DNA from: Felis catus
Lineage: Eukaryota
Reading direction: 5' to 3'
Assembly (NCBI RefSeq): GCF_018350175.1
Contig: NC_058378.1
Span: 5,766,001 to 5,830,000 of the forward strand
DNA: 64,000 nucleotides
The number at the start of each line of letters is the position of its first letter. The stretch's first letter is position 1. Shown here piece after piece: positions 49,299-61,128 of the stretch. The translations under genes and the position numbers were made by a program. Under the pieces are notes generated by a model that saw only the letters and a program-made list of their open reading frames with translations, searched no databases and was not told where the DNA came from.

Positions 49299-49725
49299 TG
49301 GAGAAAGAAGCTCTTTGTGCTGTTTAAGTCGAAAAAGCCAGCAACATGCAGGTTATCATCAGGAGGCCAAAGGAGAAAACAAGGTCCTAAATTTGAAGAG
49401 ACCTGTGAATCATCAGCTACGGCAACACTCGGTCTCATTCTGGCTCTTCCAGAAGGGCGGGAGGGAACTGAAAACAGTGCAGGCAGAGCAGGTGATCAGG
49501 GAAGACAGACTAGTTTCTCTGTGAGGACCAATCCTAAGAAATTAACCTCTTTTGGTCTGGGAAATTAATACATACTCTAAGTTCCACTAAGCAGCCTTTA
49601 TTATTTACTACTGTATCCATAAGCCTTGAACCCAGTGAGTTTGCTGATGTTCAACCATATCTGAACTATAAAATTTGCAACTTTCTATGGTCCAACCTAA
49701 GAGTTTGAGCTCCTATTTAAAATCT

Positions 49726-49948
49726 TTTTTTTTTTAATTTTTTTTCAACGTTTATTTATTTTTGGGACAGAGAGAGACAGAGCATGAACGGGGGAGGGGC
49801 AGAGAGAGAGGGAGACACAGAATCGGAAACAGGCTCCAGGCTCTGAGCCATCAGCCCAGAGCCCGACGTGGGGCTCGAACTCACGGACCGCGAGATCGTG
49901 ACCTGGCTGAAGTCGGACGCTTAACTGACTGCGCCACCCAGGCGCCCC
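49726..49948 (-). mobile_element. Young feline Can-SINE
   Basis: Intact reverse SINE. TSD TAAAATCT at 49718-49725 and 49949-49956. Confidence 0.97.
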
Positions 49949-50582
49949 TAAAATCTATTAAGTGAATGAATTAACCTGGTTGTTTTGGCTGACGTCTTTC
50001 ATGGTACATTGAACATTCTGATCCATGCGGAAATGCGCGTGTACTCATGAACATTTTCATATGCTCCGCTGCCCTGCTCTGATCAGGCTGCACGCTGGCA
50101 AGCTTAAAGCCTCCCAAACTTACAGGAATCACTTATTCTACGCCCACGTATACAATCTGGGATGAATATAAAACTGGTCTGGGATGAGCAATGTTGTCCT
50201 CAGGGGGCCCTGCTGGTAGAGACGAGATCTCCATAACTGAAGTAAGCGACGATATTAACCACGATCATTTGTACCCACACAGGACTTGAGCTCGTCTTGA
50301 ATTATGACTACATCTGTAGGTAGAGTGTGTGGGAAAGGCATTTTTAAATGCCCAAAGCCTAACTGTGTGTGTGAGTGCGGGGGCGGGGCGGGGGGGATAC
50401 CCAGGCAGCTATTGTTGCCCTAAGAGAAGTTGTGTTGGAGAGTAGAGGCAAAACTTTTGACAAATAACATGAGATTTCTGTTCAAACACCCAAAGTATAA
50501 GTTTAGCATATAAAATGTATTCTCTGTACACAGAAAACCTTACAGGTTTAGGGAGGACAAAGGGCCTAGAAAGCCATCGTAA

Positions 50583-50780
50583 ATTTTTTTTTAAGCTTAT
50601 TTATTTTGAAAGAGAGAAAGAATAAGCGTAGAGGGGCAGAGAGACGGGGGGTACTAAAGACCTGAGGAAGGCTCCAGGCTGACGGCGGAGAGCCTGACGT
50701 GGGGCTTGAACTCACGAACTGTGAGACCATGACCTGAGTAGAAGTCGGATGCTCAACCGACTGAGCCACCCAGGAGCCAC
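50583..50780 (-). mobile_element. Can-SINE
   Basis: Reverse SINE. TSD core AAAGCCATC at 50570-50578 and 50781-50789. Confidence 0.93.
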
Positions 50781-51270
50781 AAAGCCATCAAAGTTTTTAA
50801 AGGGGAGATAAACTGAGCTTAAAGAACATCGGTTTTAGTTATTCCAACATAAAGCATTTGTAGCATACATGGGGTCATCCTAATTTCAGCGATCACCAAT
50901 TCTATTTTCACACTTTAAGCAAGCTTTGAGCCCATGTAACATCCAGAATTAAAAGGACGAGGCACAGAAGAGGGTACACTATAGCAAAAATTAATATGAA
51001 TCAGTTTAGTTGTTAAATATCATTTAAACTGAAAAAGAATGTTTCAGTAGCTGCTCGTCTATTTTGGAGCTGCCTTCCATAAAGACTGCTCAGTCGCTCA
51101 GAAAACAGATTAAAGAAATGCTATTTGGTGTGCTTATGAGCATAGCATACACACATATACAAATGTTTATACTAATTTCTACATTTTCATGGAATTTATG
51201 CCACTGGAGTCAATTACTATGTCTTGAAGGCACAGCATATGAATAAGCTATATTTGAAAATAAACACACA

Positions 51271-51524
51271 GGGGCACCTGGGTGGCTCAGTCAGGTAAGC
51301 TTCTGACTTTGGCTCAGGTCATGATCTCGTGGTTCATGGGTTCAAGTCCCGCTTTGGGCTCTGTGGTGATAGCTCGGAGCCTGGACCCTGCTTCGGATTC
51401 TGTGTCTCCCTCTCTCTCTCTCTCTGCCCCTCCCCTGCTCATGCTCCATCTCTCTGTGTGTCTCTCTCTCAAGAGTAAATATTAATTTTATTAAAAAACA
51501 AATTAAAAAATAATATAGTAAAAT
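51271..51524 (+). mobile_element. Can-SINE
   Basis: Full-length. TSD AAAATAAACACACA at 51257-51270 and 51525-51538. Confidence 0.95.
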
Positions 51525-52109
51525 AAAATAAACACACAACTAATTTGGCAGAATTACTTCTCAAATAGCAGTTGTGAAATATACTGGTGAAGGTCTAAAG
51601 GAAAAAATATATATAAATGGCTGTAAATCAGAGAGCACAGAAAAGAATACTTTAACCATTGAGTTTCTGAGCATACAGACGCATCATTACACCATTTCTA
51701 TTAAGGTAAATGGACACATGAAGCCAAGGCCGACTGCCGTGCTAATTTAAAATTGGCACAAAACAAAACCAAAAAACAAAACCTCTGTTTCATATAAAGG
51801 AAAGGGACAGTGACATCTCGTGTTGATTTGGGAGGTTAAATACCAGTATGAAGTCACGTCACTTTTTCTTACAACCATTCATTGACTTCTTGTGGATCAT
51901 GTGGTATGTATCTGTGACATGTTAAGAATATTGTAAAATCTAGCTGTAAAGAAACTCATTTGAACATGCACTGGGAAAATGATAAACCTAATCACAATTT
52001 AATATAACCTCCTATGAAAGAACTTGTTACACAGACTTTCATTTTCGCAACAATGTAACAAAAGGACTCAAATGAATTATTTTGCTCTTGTGCTTTTGTT
52101 TAAACTTAC

Positions 52110-52202
52110 TTGTTATTGTAACTGCGCTAAAATCGAGAACTCCTTCTGTATGTTCTGATTGAGGGCACTCCAGGGAAGGACATTCACCAAGGAAGACCCC
52201 CT
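52110..52202 (-). other. Candidate 93-nt cassette exon, product not recognised
   Basis: Acceptor ...tactgaacccttttcctatag| and donor CAA|gtaagt. One open phase-1/1 frame (EGVFLGECPSLECPQSEHTEGVLDFSAVTIT). Confidence 0.2.
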
Positions 52203-52719
52203 CTATAGGAAAAGGGTTCAGTATGAACAGAGCTGCGAAGCACTTTTCACACAACTGTTAATCACTCACCAATTCCCAAGGGGACACATTCATACACATA
52301 CTAACAGCAGTCCATGATACTATAACCCACTGCCTAACTGCAATAACACGAATAAAAGAAAATCAATTAAAATGCAGGTGGGGTTTGGTTTCCAGAAAAT
52401 TGTTGGATTTGATCTTTATCCACCAAAGCAGCTCATTTGCGAAGGGGAGGAGGATGGCATTTGTATTTTAAGCAGATTGAATACAATGCCCCTTTCAATG
52501 GAGTTTTTATGGTGAACTTCAGTGTATTGTGACCCATTTATAGACAGACCAAGGGCAAAGGTATCCGGGAAACGTGATGAGTATCCGCCAATAGAAAATA
52601 CATCAAAATAGAGCATCACTAAGGTGGAAATACAAATTTAAGCAAGATTTTTTTTTTAAGAAGTTTGCAAAATGTTGACTGCATGCCTAACATTTTTAAG
52701 AATGTTTCAGTTGGGGGGA

Positions 52720-52934
52720 GGTGTGCCTGGGTGGCTCAGTTGGTGAAGCGTCCGACCTTGGCTCAGGTCATGATCTCACAGTCTGTGGGTCTGAGCCCCG
52801 CTCTGGGCTCTGTGCTGACAGCTCGGAGCCTGGAGCCTGCTTCGGACTCTGTGTCTCCCTCTCTCTCTTCCCTTCCCCTGCTCACGCTCTGCCTCTGTCT
52901 CAAAAATAAATAAACATTACAGAAAAAAAAAAAA
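52720..52934 (+). mobile_element. Can-SINE (less diverged copy of a tandem pair)
   Basis: Full-length. Flanked by AAGAATGTTTCAGTTGGGGG at 52698-52717 and 52935-52954. Confidence 0.95.
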
Positions 52935-52950
52935 AAGAATGTTTCAGTTG

Positions 52951-53072
52951 GGGGCAGCTGAGCAGTTCAGTCTGTTAAGCCTCAGACTTCAGGTTGGGTC
53001 ATGATCCCATGGTTTGTGGGGTCAAGCCTTGTGTCAGGCTCTGTGCTGACAGCATGAAGCCTGTTTGGGATA

Positions 53073-53121
<49 letters not shown>

Positions 53122-53177
53122 TCATTCTCTGTCCTCCCCATCTCCGGCTTGTGTGCACACTCTCTCTTTCAAAAACA

Positions 53178-53240
<63 letters not shown>
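52951..53240 (+). mobile_element. More diverged Can-SINE with (CT)n and a (TA)n tail
   Basis: Diverged head and body. Third target copy AAGAATGTTTCAGTTG at 53241-53256. Confidence 0.92.
53182..53240. repeat. (TA)n microsatellite, about 29 units
   Basis: Pure TA run in the SINE tail. Confidence 0.97.
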
Positions 53241-53243
<3 letters not shown>

Positions 53244-55929
53244 AATGTTTCAGTTGTGTGACGTGAGGAACACGTGATGTACGTAAGCCATCCCCATTCA
53301 TAACCTAGAACAATGGCTACAAAGACAGTTAGGGAATGGATGGAAAGAGGCGCCTGGACTTACAGTACAGATCATGTGAGGATCTCTCTCTAGTCCCCGC
53401 GGCCTCTTCCTGTCTGGGCTAAACTTCCTCGTTCTCCCAACGTTGCTCTCAAGGACCATTTCCAGGCCTATCCCTGAGTTAGCTGCTTCCTTCTTGACCC
53501 TTGTGCGTGGTCCTGTCCTCGCCGCGCCGGGGCACTGGGAAGTAAGCCTGGAGCCCGGGTGTGGGTTTTCCAGGTGGTTCTTCTCGCAACAGATGGGGCT
53601 TCCGTGGACCCCGAGACCTCCCGCAACTAGTTTAGTCAGCTACCTGCACGCCGCCGAACATTAGTTTTCAAACGTGCCCCCCATATTGTTGATGCACGGT
53701 GACTCTGGGCCGATTAAGATGCCGTTGACCATTTGCATTGACGAGACTTCTATTGATCAACGGCAGAAGCAGAAGTGTCACCTACCGAGGTCATCTCGCT
53801 AGTTCCAACGTTCACGGCTTCCCAGCCCTGTGCTGTTTCGCAGATGGTGTTAGGGCATCACTGCAATGCGTTCATCACCTTAACGTGGATGCCACATCTC
53901 TTGGCGTGACCGGGAAAGCTGGCAAGCAGGGCAGGGCCAAGTTCAAAGCCCTGTTACCTAACCCTGAAGGACAACTTTCCAACTTCGCTGAGGTTCACCC
54001 AGAGCCCAGAAGAGGCCACGCAGCATGGCAGTAAGTATTAGACTCAGGGATTAAGAATGGCAGATGTTAACACGAGCTGCGTCCCTACCGTGAGGGGAGG
54101 TGACGGCGAATGTGTGACATCAACTGAGACGATCTTCCCCAAAGTCCCATTCTGTCATCCACGACAGGGCGGATCACAGAAATATCAGTGTTTGCAAGGT
54201 CAGGGGTAATCATGCAATCTAACATCCTTGTAATATAAACGTGGAAATGAGCCCAAGCAGAGCCCCCAGATGGCTGCATGGCTTTGCTCAAGGCCACACC
54301 GAAAGCAAGGACTGGCGGTCTGTCTCCTGTCCCTTCCACACGACGTGAAGTCGGAAAAACCATGGGAATGTGAAACGTTTCCCCACCAGATCGCTTCAGT
54401 GCGGTCTGCAGTTACCACGGCTCCTCGGGGCTGCAAGTGAAAATGTGACCGTGGAGGAAAACATTGCAGAGCAACGAAGAACAAGGGGAAAACGATCTCC
54501 TTTGTAAGATGGCTGACGGACGCATGTGGAGCGCTTGGGCACCTGAGGACACTGAGCCCTGCAGACGCTTCTGCTGCTGCTGGGGTCTGCCTGGTACAGA
54601 CCCCCCATGTTCTCTTCCTCTCTCTTTCCACTTCCACCCGGTCTGTTCCAAGAGCATCTCCTGGAAAGACTTAGGGGGCATGTCCCACAATGGTCCAACG
54701 GGGAAAATGCTCTGTGCTCACATGGAAACATGACTCTCTGGCAGTCGAATCTGTCACGTCAAGGGTTTCAAAGTCAAGGTGTCTCCTGTGTCACCTAAAG
54801 CCACTCTGTGATGACTAATGATGATTCTGAGTTGACAGGGGTCGGGAGGCCGGAGCGTCTCAGGGGGTGTGGAATGAGCTGAAGCCACGGGAATTTCAGC
54901 AGGATATCATTATCAACAGAAGGGTTATATAAGCTGGTTATATGAAAACAAGTTAATAAGAACTACCTTACATTGTAGATTTATAAAGCAAAAAAAAAAT
55001 AAGATTTAAAAAGACAAGCTAAAATGAGCTATGGGGGAACTGGCTGTCAGTTAAATGGCATTTCTGAGCAAGATGTTCGAAGATTAAATGATTCTTCAAA
55101 AAAAAAAAGGGAGGCTTAATGCAATCTTTTTTCTGAAAATAAAGCCTCATTCCCCTTTTTATGCATGTGGAATGGAAACCATGAGTAATCAATACAAACA
55201 ATATTAAGCATTATAATACAATATCAGAATTTTAAACCAAATGACAAACTTCACGGATTTTATTTGACCATTATCTATTTACTTTACTGCTTTTCCTATT
55301 CCCTTCTTATAATTTATTTTAAACCTCTGAATTGTAATCACAGCTTTCTTTGGCAAGGGAGTCCAAAAGAACAGCATAAACAATCTGATATTGATCCATG
55401 AACACAGGATCCAAGAAACAGTCTGCTCATTCAGCTGTCTGCATTAGCCCTTTAATATGAGAGCCCCCACAAAGCCACTGTATCAGCAAAACCAAAGAGA
55501 AATATAGATTCAAGCAATCATCATGATTGCTTGAAAATCTAAAAGCTAAAGTATTCTAAATGTGAAGTTTCCCTTATACAGCTAGTGTATACTGCAGGTA
55601 TAATGTATACATGCAATACAGTCAATCTATCTATCTAAATTTATTGCAATGAACAGGGAACTAACTTGACCAAATGCCATACCTGGAGACACTGTATCAG
55701 TACACATTGGTGGGCACTCCTCCTTTGGCAATTTGGTATTGTGCTTTTAGCCAGCATAAAGGCAGTCTCTTACTCAGTATCTTGGAGATTTTCAGTTGAC
55801 TTGATTGAACTGTTAACAGAGAGTCTCCATTGATGTGAATGTAAATAAATGCTTCCCAGTAACACGAAGGAAGTGTAGTGGTTCTATGATGCATTCACAT
55901 TCGGACGTTGCCTACTTTAGAAGAGTTAC

Positions 55930-56174
55930 TTTACTTTACTTTATTTTATTTTATTTTATTTTATTTTATTTTATTTTATTTTATTTTATTTTATTTTAGA
56001 GAGAGAAAGAGAACACACGCCAGTGGGGGACAGGCAGACGGAGAGAGAGAACCTCAAGTGGGCTTTGCGCTGAGCATGGAGGTGATACGGGACTCGATCC
56101 CATGACCCTGGGATCATTACTTGAATTGAAATCAAGAGATGGACGATCAACCGACGGAGCCGGCCAGGGGCCCC
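55930..56174 (-). mobile_element. Can-SINE with (TTTTA)n tail
   Basis: (TTTTA)n at about 55940-55998, then a reverse SINE body ending gagccggccaggggcccc. Confidence 0.92.
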
Positions 56175-58149
56175 AGAAGTTGACTATCTAAAAACTAATG
56201 AGATCACAACGTCACATTCTAGACAAATCATTGGCTTCTAGACACGTTTTATGGAACACGATCACAGAGCCCTCTCCAGAGAATCTAACACTATGTCCAA
56301 TTTGTACGCACCACAGTATCACAGCCTGACACATTTAATGACTACCCAGAGTTATGGCGGAGAGAACCCTTGGTCCCTACTCTTTGAGCCAGGTAGCAAA
56401 AAGATCATTTGGTTCCATAACTGAGAAAACACACACAACAGATTCTCAACAAAAATGGGACTTCACAGAAGTAAAGCCAATCCCGGTGAGGGCCACAGAA
56501 AAAAATGTTAGGAATAAATGAACACTAGTTAAGGCTTTTGTTACATGCCTGAAATAATTTGCATTGATTTTATGAAATTATACAAGCGTCACAGACAGGG
56601 AGCTGTTAAGATTTCAGATGATAATGAACAACCAGCCAAAAATTACTTACTCGGTTGGATAAGTTGGAAGTAAGCTAACAAATCCTTTTATCCTTCTAGA
56701 ACTGTGATGTTTTGACCCTCCGATGGAAGTGTAGACCATCAACCTTTTCCTTACTATCAATATACAGTCATGATAATTAGTGTCATACAGCAATACATAG
56801 GGTCCTTAAAAGGAACTCATTAGAATAGGTAAAGTGGCTTGGCTATCTGAGGTGTCCAGTGTCCAAGAAGTAGGACAAATCCTGAAATAATTAAGGTCAG
56901 TCTGTGCAGCTCCAAATGGTTTACCGAAACATACCAGCTTTTAACACTAACCTAGCAAAGATGAATGAAATCCCTTGCTTGAATGACAATTTGAAGTCAT
57001 TTAAAGGATTCTAGCATGTGCCTCTTGTAACTGCCCGCAACTAACTTCACATTCGGATGGAGACTATTTTTAGTGGACACGTTCACCCACCCTTTACATG
57101 CATGGACCCAGCTGGCCACATGTAGACAGGGGAGCATAATTATGGACACAGCCCTTTTTCACACTGGAAGAGCCAGACAAACTTCAATTCTAACAGTTAA
57201 GTGAGCAAATTGCTATACTATGAATATGGTACTTGAAAGAACACAAACAGAAGAAATGAGTTAAAGTTAACACTCCTAGTAAACAATCACATTGCAGATT
57301 CAATTATACTGTACAAATAAAGGCAACCCAAAATGGATAAAACTAATTATCTCTGTAGTGTAACATCAAATCAATCTGTACTGTCTAGGCTTTCAATTTT
57401 AATAAACTAAAGGAACATTTGCTTACACTTATAGATGTATATACATAAAATCTATGTGATGGGGTGACTGTAAAAGAAAAACACACAAACAATTGCTAGA
57501 ATACAGAGATAGTTAGTTTTATCTAAGTCAGAAAAGCTGATACGTGCAGATATTTCTGTAACACCAGCAGCCTAATTAAAGAGGAGATAGCAGCTGAACT
57601 GTTTTAAATTTAAAAATTATTAAAGGGCTGAAAACGATCAGGTCAATTAATTATATTCTTCTTCTCTCTTCTCTCACTGTGACCCGAAAGTGAGGTATCA
57701 CAGAAAACGACGAAGGGGACGAGCCATCCTCTCCACGGTTTGGGATGCCAAACGACAATTCGGTTTAGGAGGTTACAACACCACGCCTCAGGCACGTATG
57801 GCAGGGTTTCCAGACATCGATCACCTTGCTTGTCCTCCAGAACAGCCAGTTAATTTAAACATCAAACCAGCTCTCTGTCCGATCTGTGTAAGTGTCCAGG
57901 GCTGTGCATCATATATTAATCATTTTACTTTCAACTGTGGTCAGCCAATTGCATTATACAGGCTGCAAATAAATACTTAGGAGGGGTCTGTTTTGCCCTG
58001 ATCACAGGAAGTAAGAAAATATGCCTTCTTTGTCCTCAACTGTCAAAGTTATATTTGGCATTTTAGCTGTCTGGGGCAGACACCTCATTCTCTGAAGCAG
58101 TTTTCATTCTTCCACAAAAAGCATCACATAGATTCCGAGGGACATAATG

Positions 58150-58290
58150 CAGTGTGGGATGGGAGAATGGGTGCTGAGTTACAGGAAGCCCTGAGTCTCA
58201 GCCCCAGCTTTGATGCTAACTAGATGTTTGCTACTAGGCAAGTTATCTACCCTAATATTTAGCATCCTCATTCCAAAAATGAAGACACTG
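58150..58290 (+). mobile_element. MIR fragment
   Basis: cctgagtctcagccccagcttt..ctaactag..taggcaagtta..cctcattccaaaaatgaag. Confidence 0.7.
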
Positions 58291-58381
58291 AAGCAGAATC
58301 TTTTTAGACACTTGACTAACTCAAAAGGAAGTTTAATTTGCCTCTGGATGGGAGAAACACGCGTGAAACTTACAAACACAT

Positions 58382-58558
58382 CAGTGGGTCTCTAACTGGG
58401 CTACTGGTTCCCATCAGCAAAGGGGATTTAAATATTGCTTCTCCCTGGCATTCAGCTCTGAACAATTAAAGATGATCCCCTGTGCATGGAGCCCTGACAT
58501 TGGTGGGTCTTAAAAGCTCCCTGAATAATTCTAACATCCAACCAGTTTAGAGTGGTCT
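58382..58558. mobile_element. MER5-like DNA transposon remnant
   Basis: cagtgggtctctaactgggct..aattaaa..ggagccctgacattggt..ttaaaagctccctgaataattctaa. Confidence 0.55.
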
Positions 58559-60437
58559 GCCCCTCCCCCCCGCCCCCCCCCCAGGGCACCCCGCCCCCTA
58601 GGGCTCAATCTTGGGCACAGATGTTGTTTTCTACGTGTTCTAGAATTCTTCATTTTCCCCCAAAGAAACCACAGCATCAGCCTTGGTCACTCGGTACCCT
58701 GCCCTCTGTGAACTAGACCAGTTGAAAGCATATTTGTAATCTCTACTTTTTTTTTTTTTTAATTTCACAATCTTTGATTTCAAATCCTTTTTGATCCTTA
58801 TCAAATTTACATTTTTTTTTTACTTTTTACATTTTAATTTTTCTATTGCCTTGATGGTTGCCTTTTCAACTAATTAACCGCATTCGAAAGCTTGCCTAAT
58901 TACTGATAACCAAGAGAAAGAAAACAGCTTTCTCATAACAGAAACCGCTCTATTCAGATGCTTCAAAGTTTTGTTTGATGTGAACTGGCATATGAGACAC
59001 AAGCCATTTAAAATTGGATTCATTCTGTATTTCTTTCCCTTCTTGACAAAAATGACTCACCTGTGTTCTGATTTGTGCAGTCTGCTTGGTAAAATACAAA
59101 AATTTCTTAAGATGCCCATTTTTGCTATATCTGGACATCCTGTTTTTTTTTTTTTTCTTCAAAAAACAATTCTGCCTATCTAGCACTGAATTTGTTAATG
59201 TTTCTTTTGAAAATGAAAAACAATTCTTGAGATCAGTTTGTGTGAAAAAGACATGACAGGAATTTTCAGGCACGTTCACAGGAATATAATGGAACATGAG
59301 ACACGCTAATGAGGTTATCTTTGGCCAGCATTGCTCATTTTCTTTCTACTTTCCTGTACTTTTCCAAGGCTTGATAGCACCCATAATTTTTATGATTTTT
59401 TTTATAAGAAAAGATATTCCTACTCTTTCTTAAACACCATAGAGTTTCCAAGAACGGATTAGGTACCTAAAGAGAAAGAGTTAACCACACGTCATCATGT
59501 TTATTTCAACAAATTTACTTTTTGGATGCAGCAGACCTAATAGATAATAATTAGCTCGGATGCTGTAGAAAGCACTGAAATGTTCATCAAAAAGCAGGCC
59601 CTTGTTAATACACCGGGAAGAGTCAGTCACACGGCAGCCTCTACAAGATGAAAAGCTTAAGAAACGGTCCCTGACTTTAATTTAAAGACCCTCCCATTCA
59701 TTTTGGAGATGACACAGTAGAGCATAAAACCTTTCCGAGGAGTGGCACAGACTCACGGTGCCGTGGGTGTGAAGACGGCTCCTCAGCGAGGCCCAGTTGG
59801 TCCTGACAAGCAACATGAAGCAAGGGCCTCTTGCCTGGGAGCTGAAAAAAGTAGGGGGCCATCCAGGTGGAGGTGTGAGGGCAGAAATCAGAATGGCATG
59901 CCAGGGGCTCGGGGCAGCGGTGGTGCCCTGGGATGATCGCTCAGGTACGGGGTGGGTACGTTTGAGAGGTCTGGCCAAGAAGTTTCTAAAGAAAGCGGAA
60001 GAACACGTTCCGAATCCCACGTTCTTTCCCACAGCTGCTCAACCGCTGATGGACAAAGCAGGGGCGACAGGGTGAGGTGCCCTTGCAGGGCCAAGCCAGG
60101 GAGTCGGGCACTTATAGGCTGCCAGGAGGTGGAGAAGCGAGGACACGGAATTCATGAGGGAAGACCTACGGAGAAGCGAGGAGGACAGCCAGCCTCGGTC
60201 AGTGAACCGTCCGCAGGCCATCGGAAGCTCCAACCTCGTATTGATGAAATAACTCGAACCTTACAGAAGCAGTTACACGATTAGCACCAAGATGTCCCGT
60301 ACACTCTTTCTGGATTACCCTACCTCATGCGGTCCTCGAACACGTTGCAAGGTGGGTGAACGGTGACTGGAATGATGAAGGATCCGCCTTGTGGGGAGGC
60401 GGCTGGCAGTGTGGACTGGGGCTGCTTACCTGAAACT

Positions 60438-60638
60438 CTTTCGTTTTCGTCTTTGACACAGAGAACGCGACTGGGGGAGGAGCAGAGAGAGAGAGAGAGT
60501 GGGGGACAGAGGATCCGAAGCAGACTCCAGGCTCTGTACTGCCAGCAGAGGGCCCGACGTGGGGTTGAACTCCTGAACCTCGAGATCATGACCTGAGCCG
60601 AAGTCCAACGCTCAGGGGACTGAGCCACGCAGGGGCCT
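60438..60638 (-). mobile_element. Can-SINE
   Basis: gagcagagagagagagag..ggatccgaagcagactccaggctctg..gagatcatgacctgagccgaagtc..actgagccac. Confidence 0.92.
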
Positions 60639-60939
60639 CTGTTCACTTTGAACTTCTGTCTCAACAGCTCCCTCCCAAGCTTTCCGTCTACCTCAGCTTC
60701 TTCTTACCTAGAGATACTCTCCCTCTTCGCCCTGTTTAGCAAAGTGGTCCTGAAATGGGGGCAAAGAGTGGGGGTTATCAGACGCAGAATGCTCTCACCC
60801 AGAGTAAAATACTTCATAGAGTAGTAAAAATATGTCCATTATGTGCTATCAGAATAAATGATTCCCACTCCACTGAGAGAGTGAAAACACAGAAAACAAC
60901 TCCTATATTCTGAGCAAAATCCTACGTGTTTCTCTCGGG

Positions 60940-61128
60940 ACCACGCTTCTGAAACTTGAGTATCCGTCAGAAATGACAGGCAGGTTTGTTAAGACAAAGG
61001 GACTGCTTGCTTCGCTCCCAGAATCTCCGACTCAGTAGGTTTGGCGGGGAGCTCAAAACTTTCCATTTCTAACAAATTGTCGGGTGGATGGTGATGCTCC
61101 TCAGGGACTACCTTTTGGGAACCACTGC
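60940..61128. mobile_element. MER5A DNA transposon
   Basis: ttctgaaacttgag..tcaga..ttgttaagaca..cccagaatctccgactcagtaggtttgg..catttctaacaa..ggtgatgct..cagggactaccttttgggaaccactg. Confidence 0.85.

Noticed and set aside
51032-51048. Extra copy of AAGAATGTTTCAGT matching the SINE target site at 52698
   Set aside because: A short AT-rich match with no associated element, compatible with chance.
54200-54733. Overlapping 90-145 aa ORFs on both strands
   Set aside because: Stop-codon scarcity in GC-richer DNA, with no domain or splice support.
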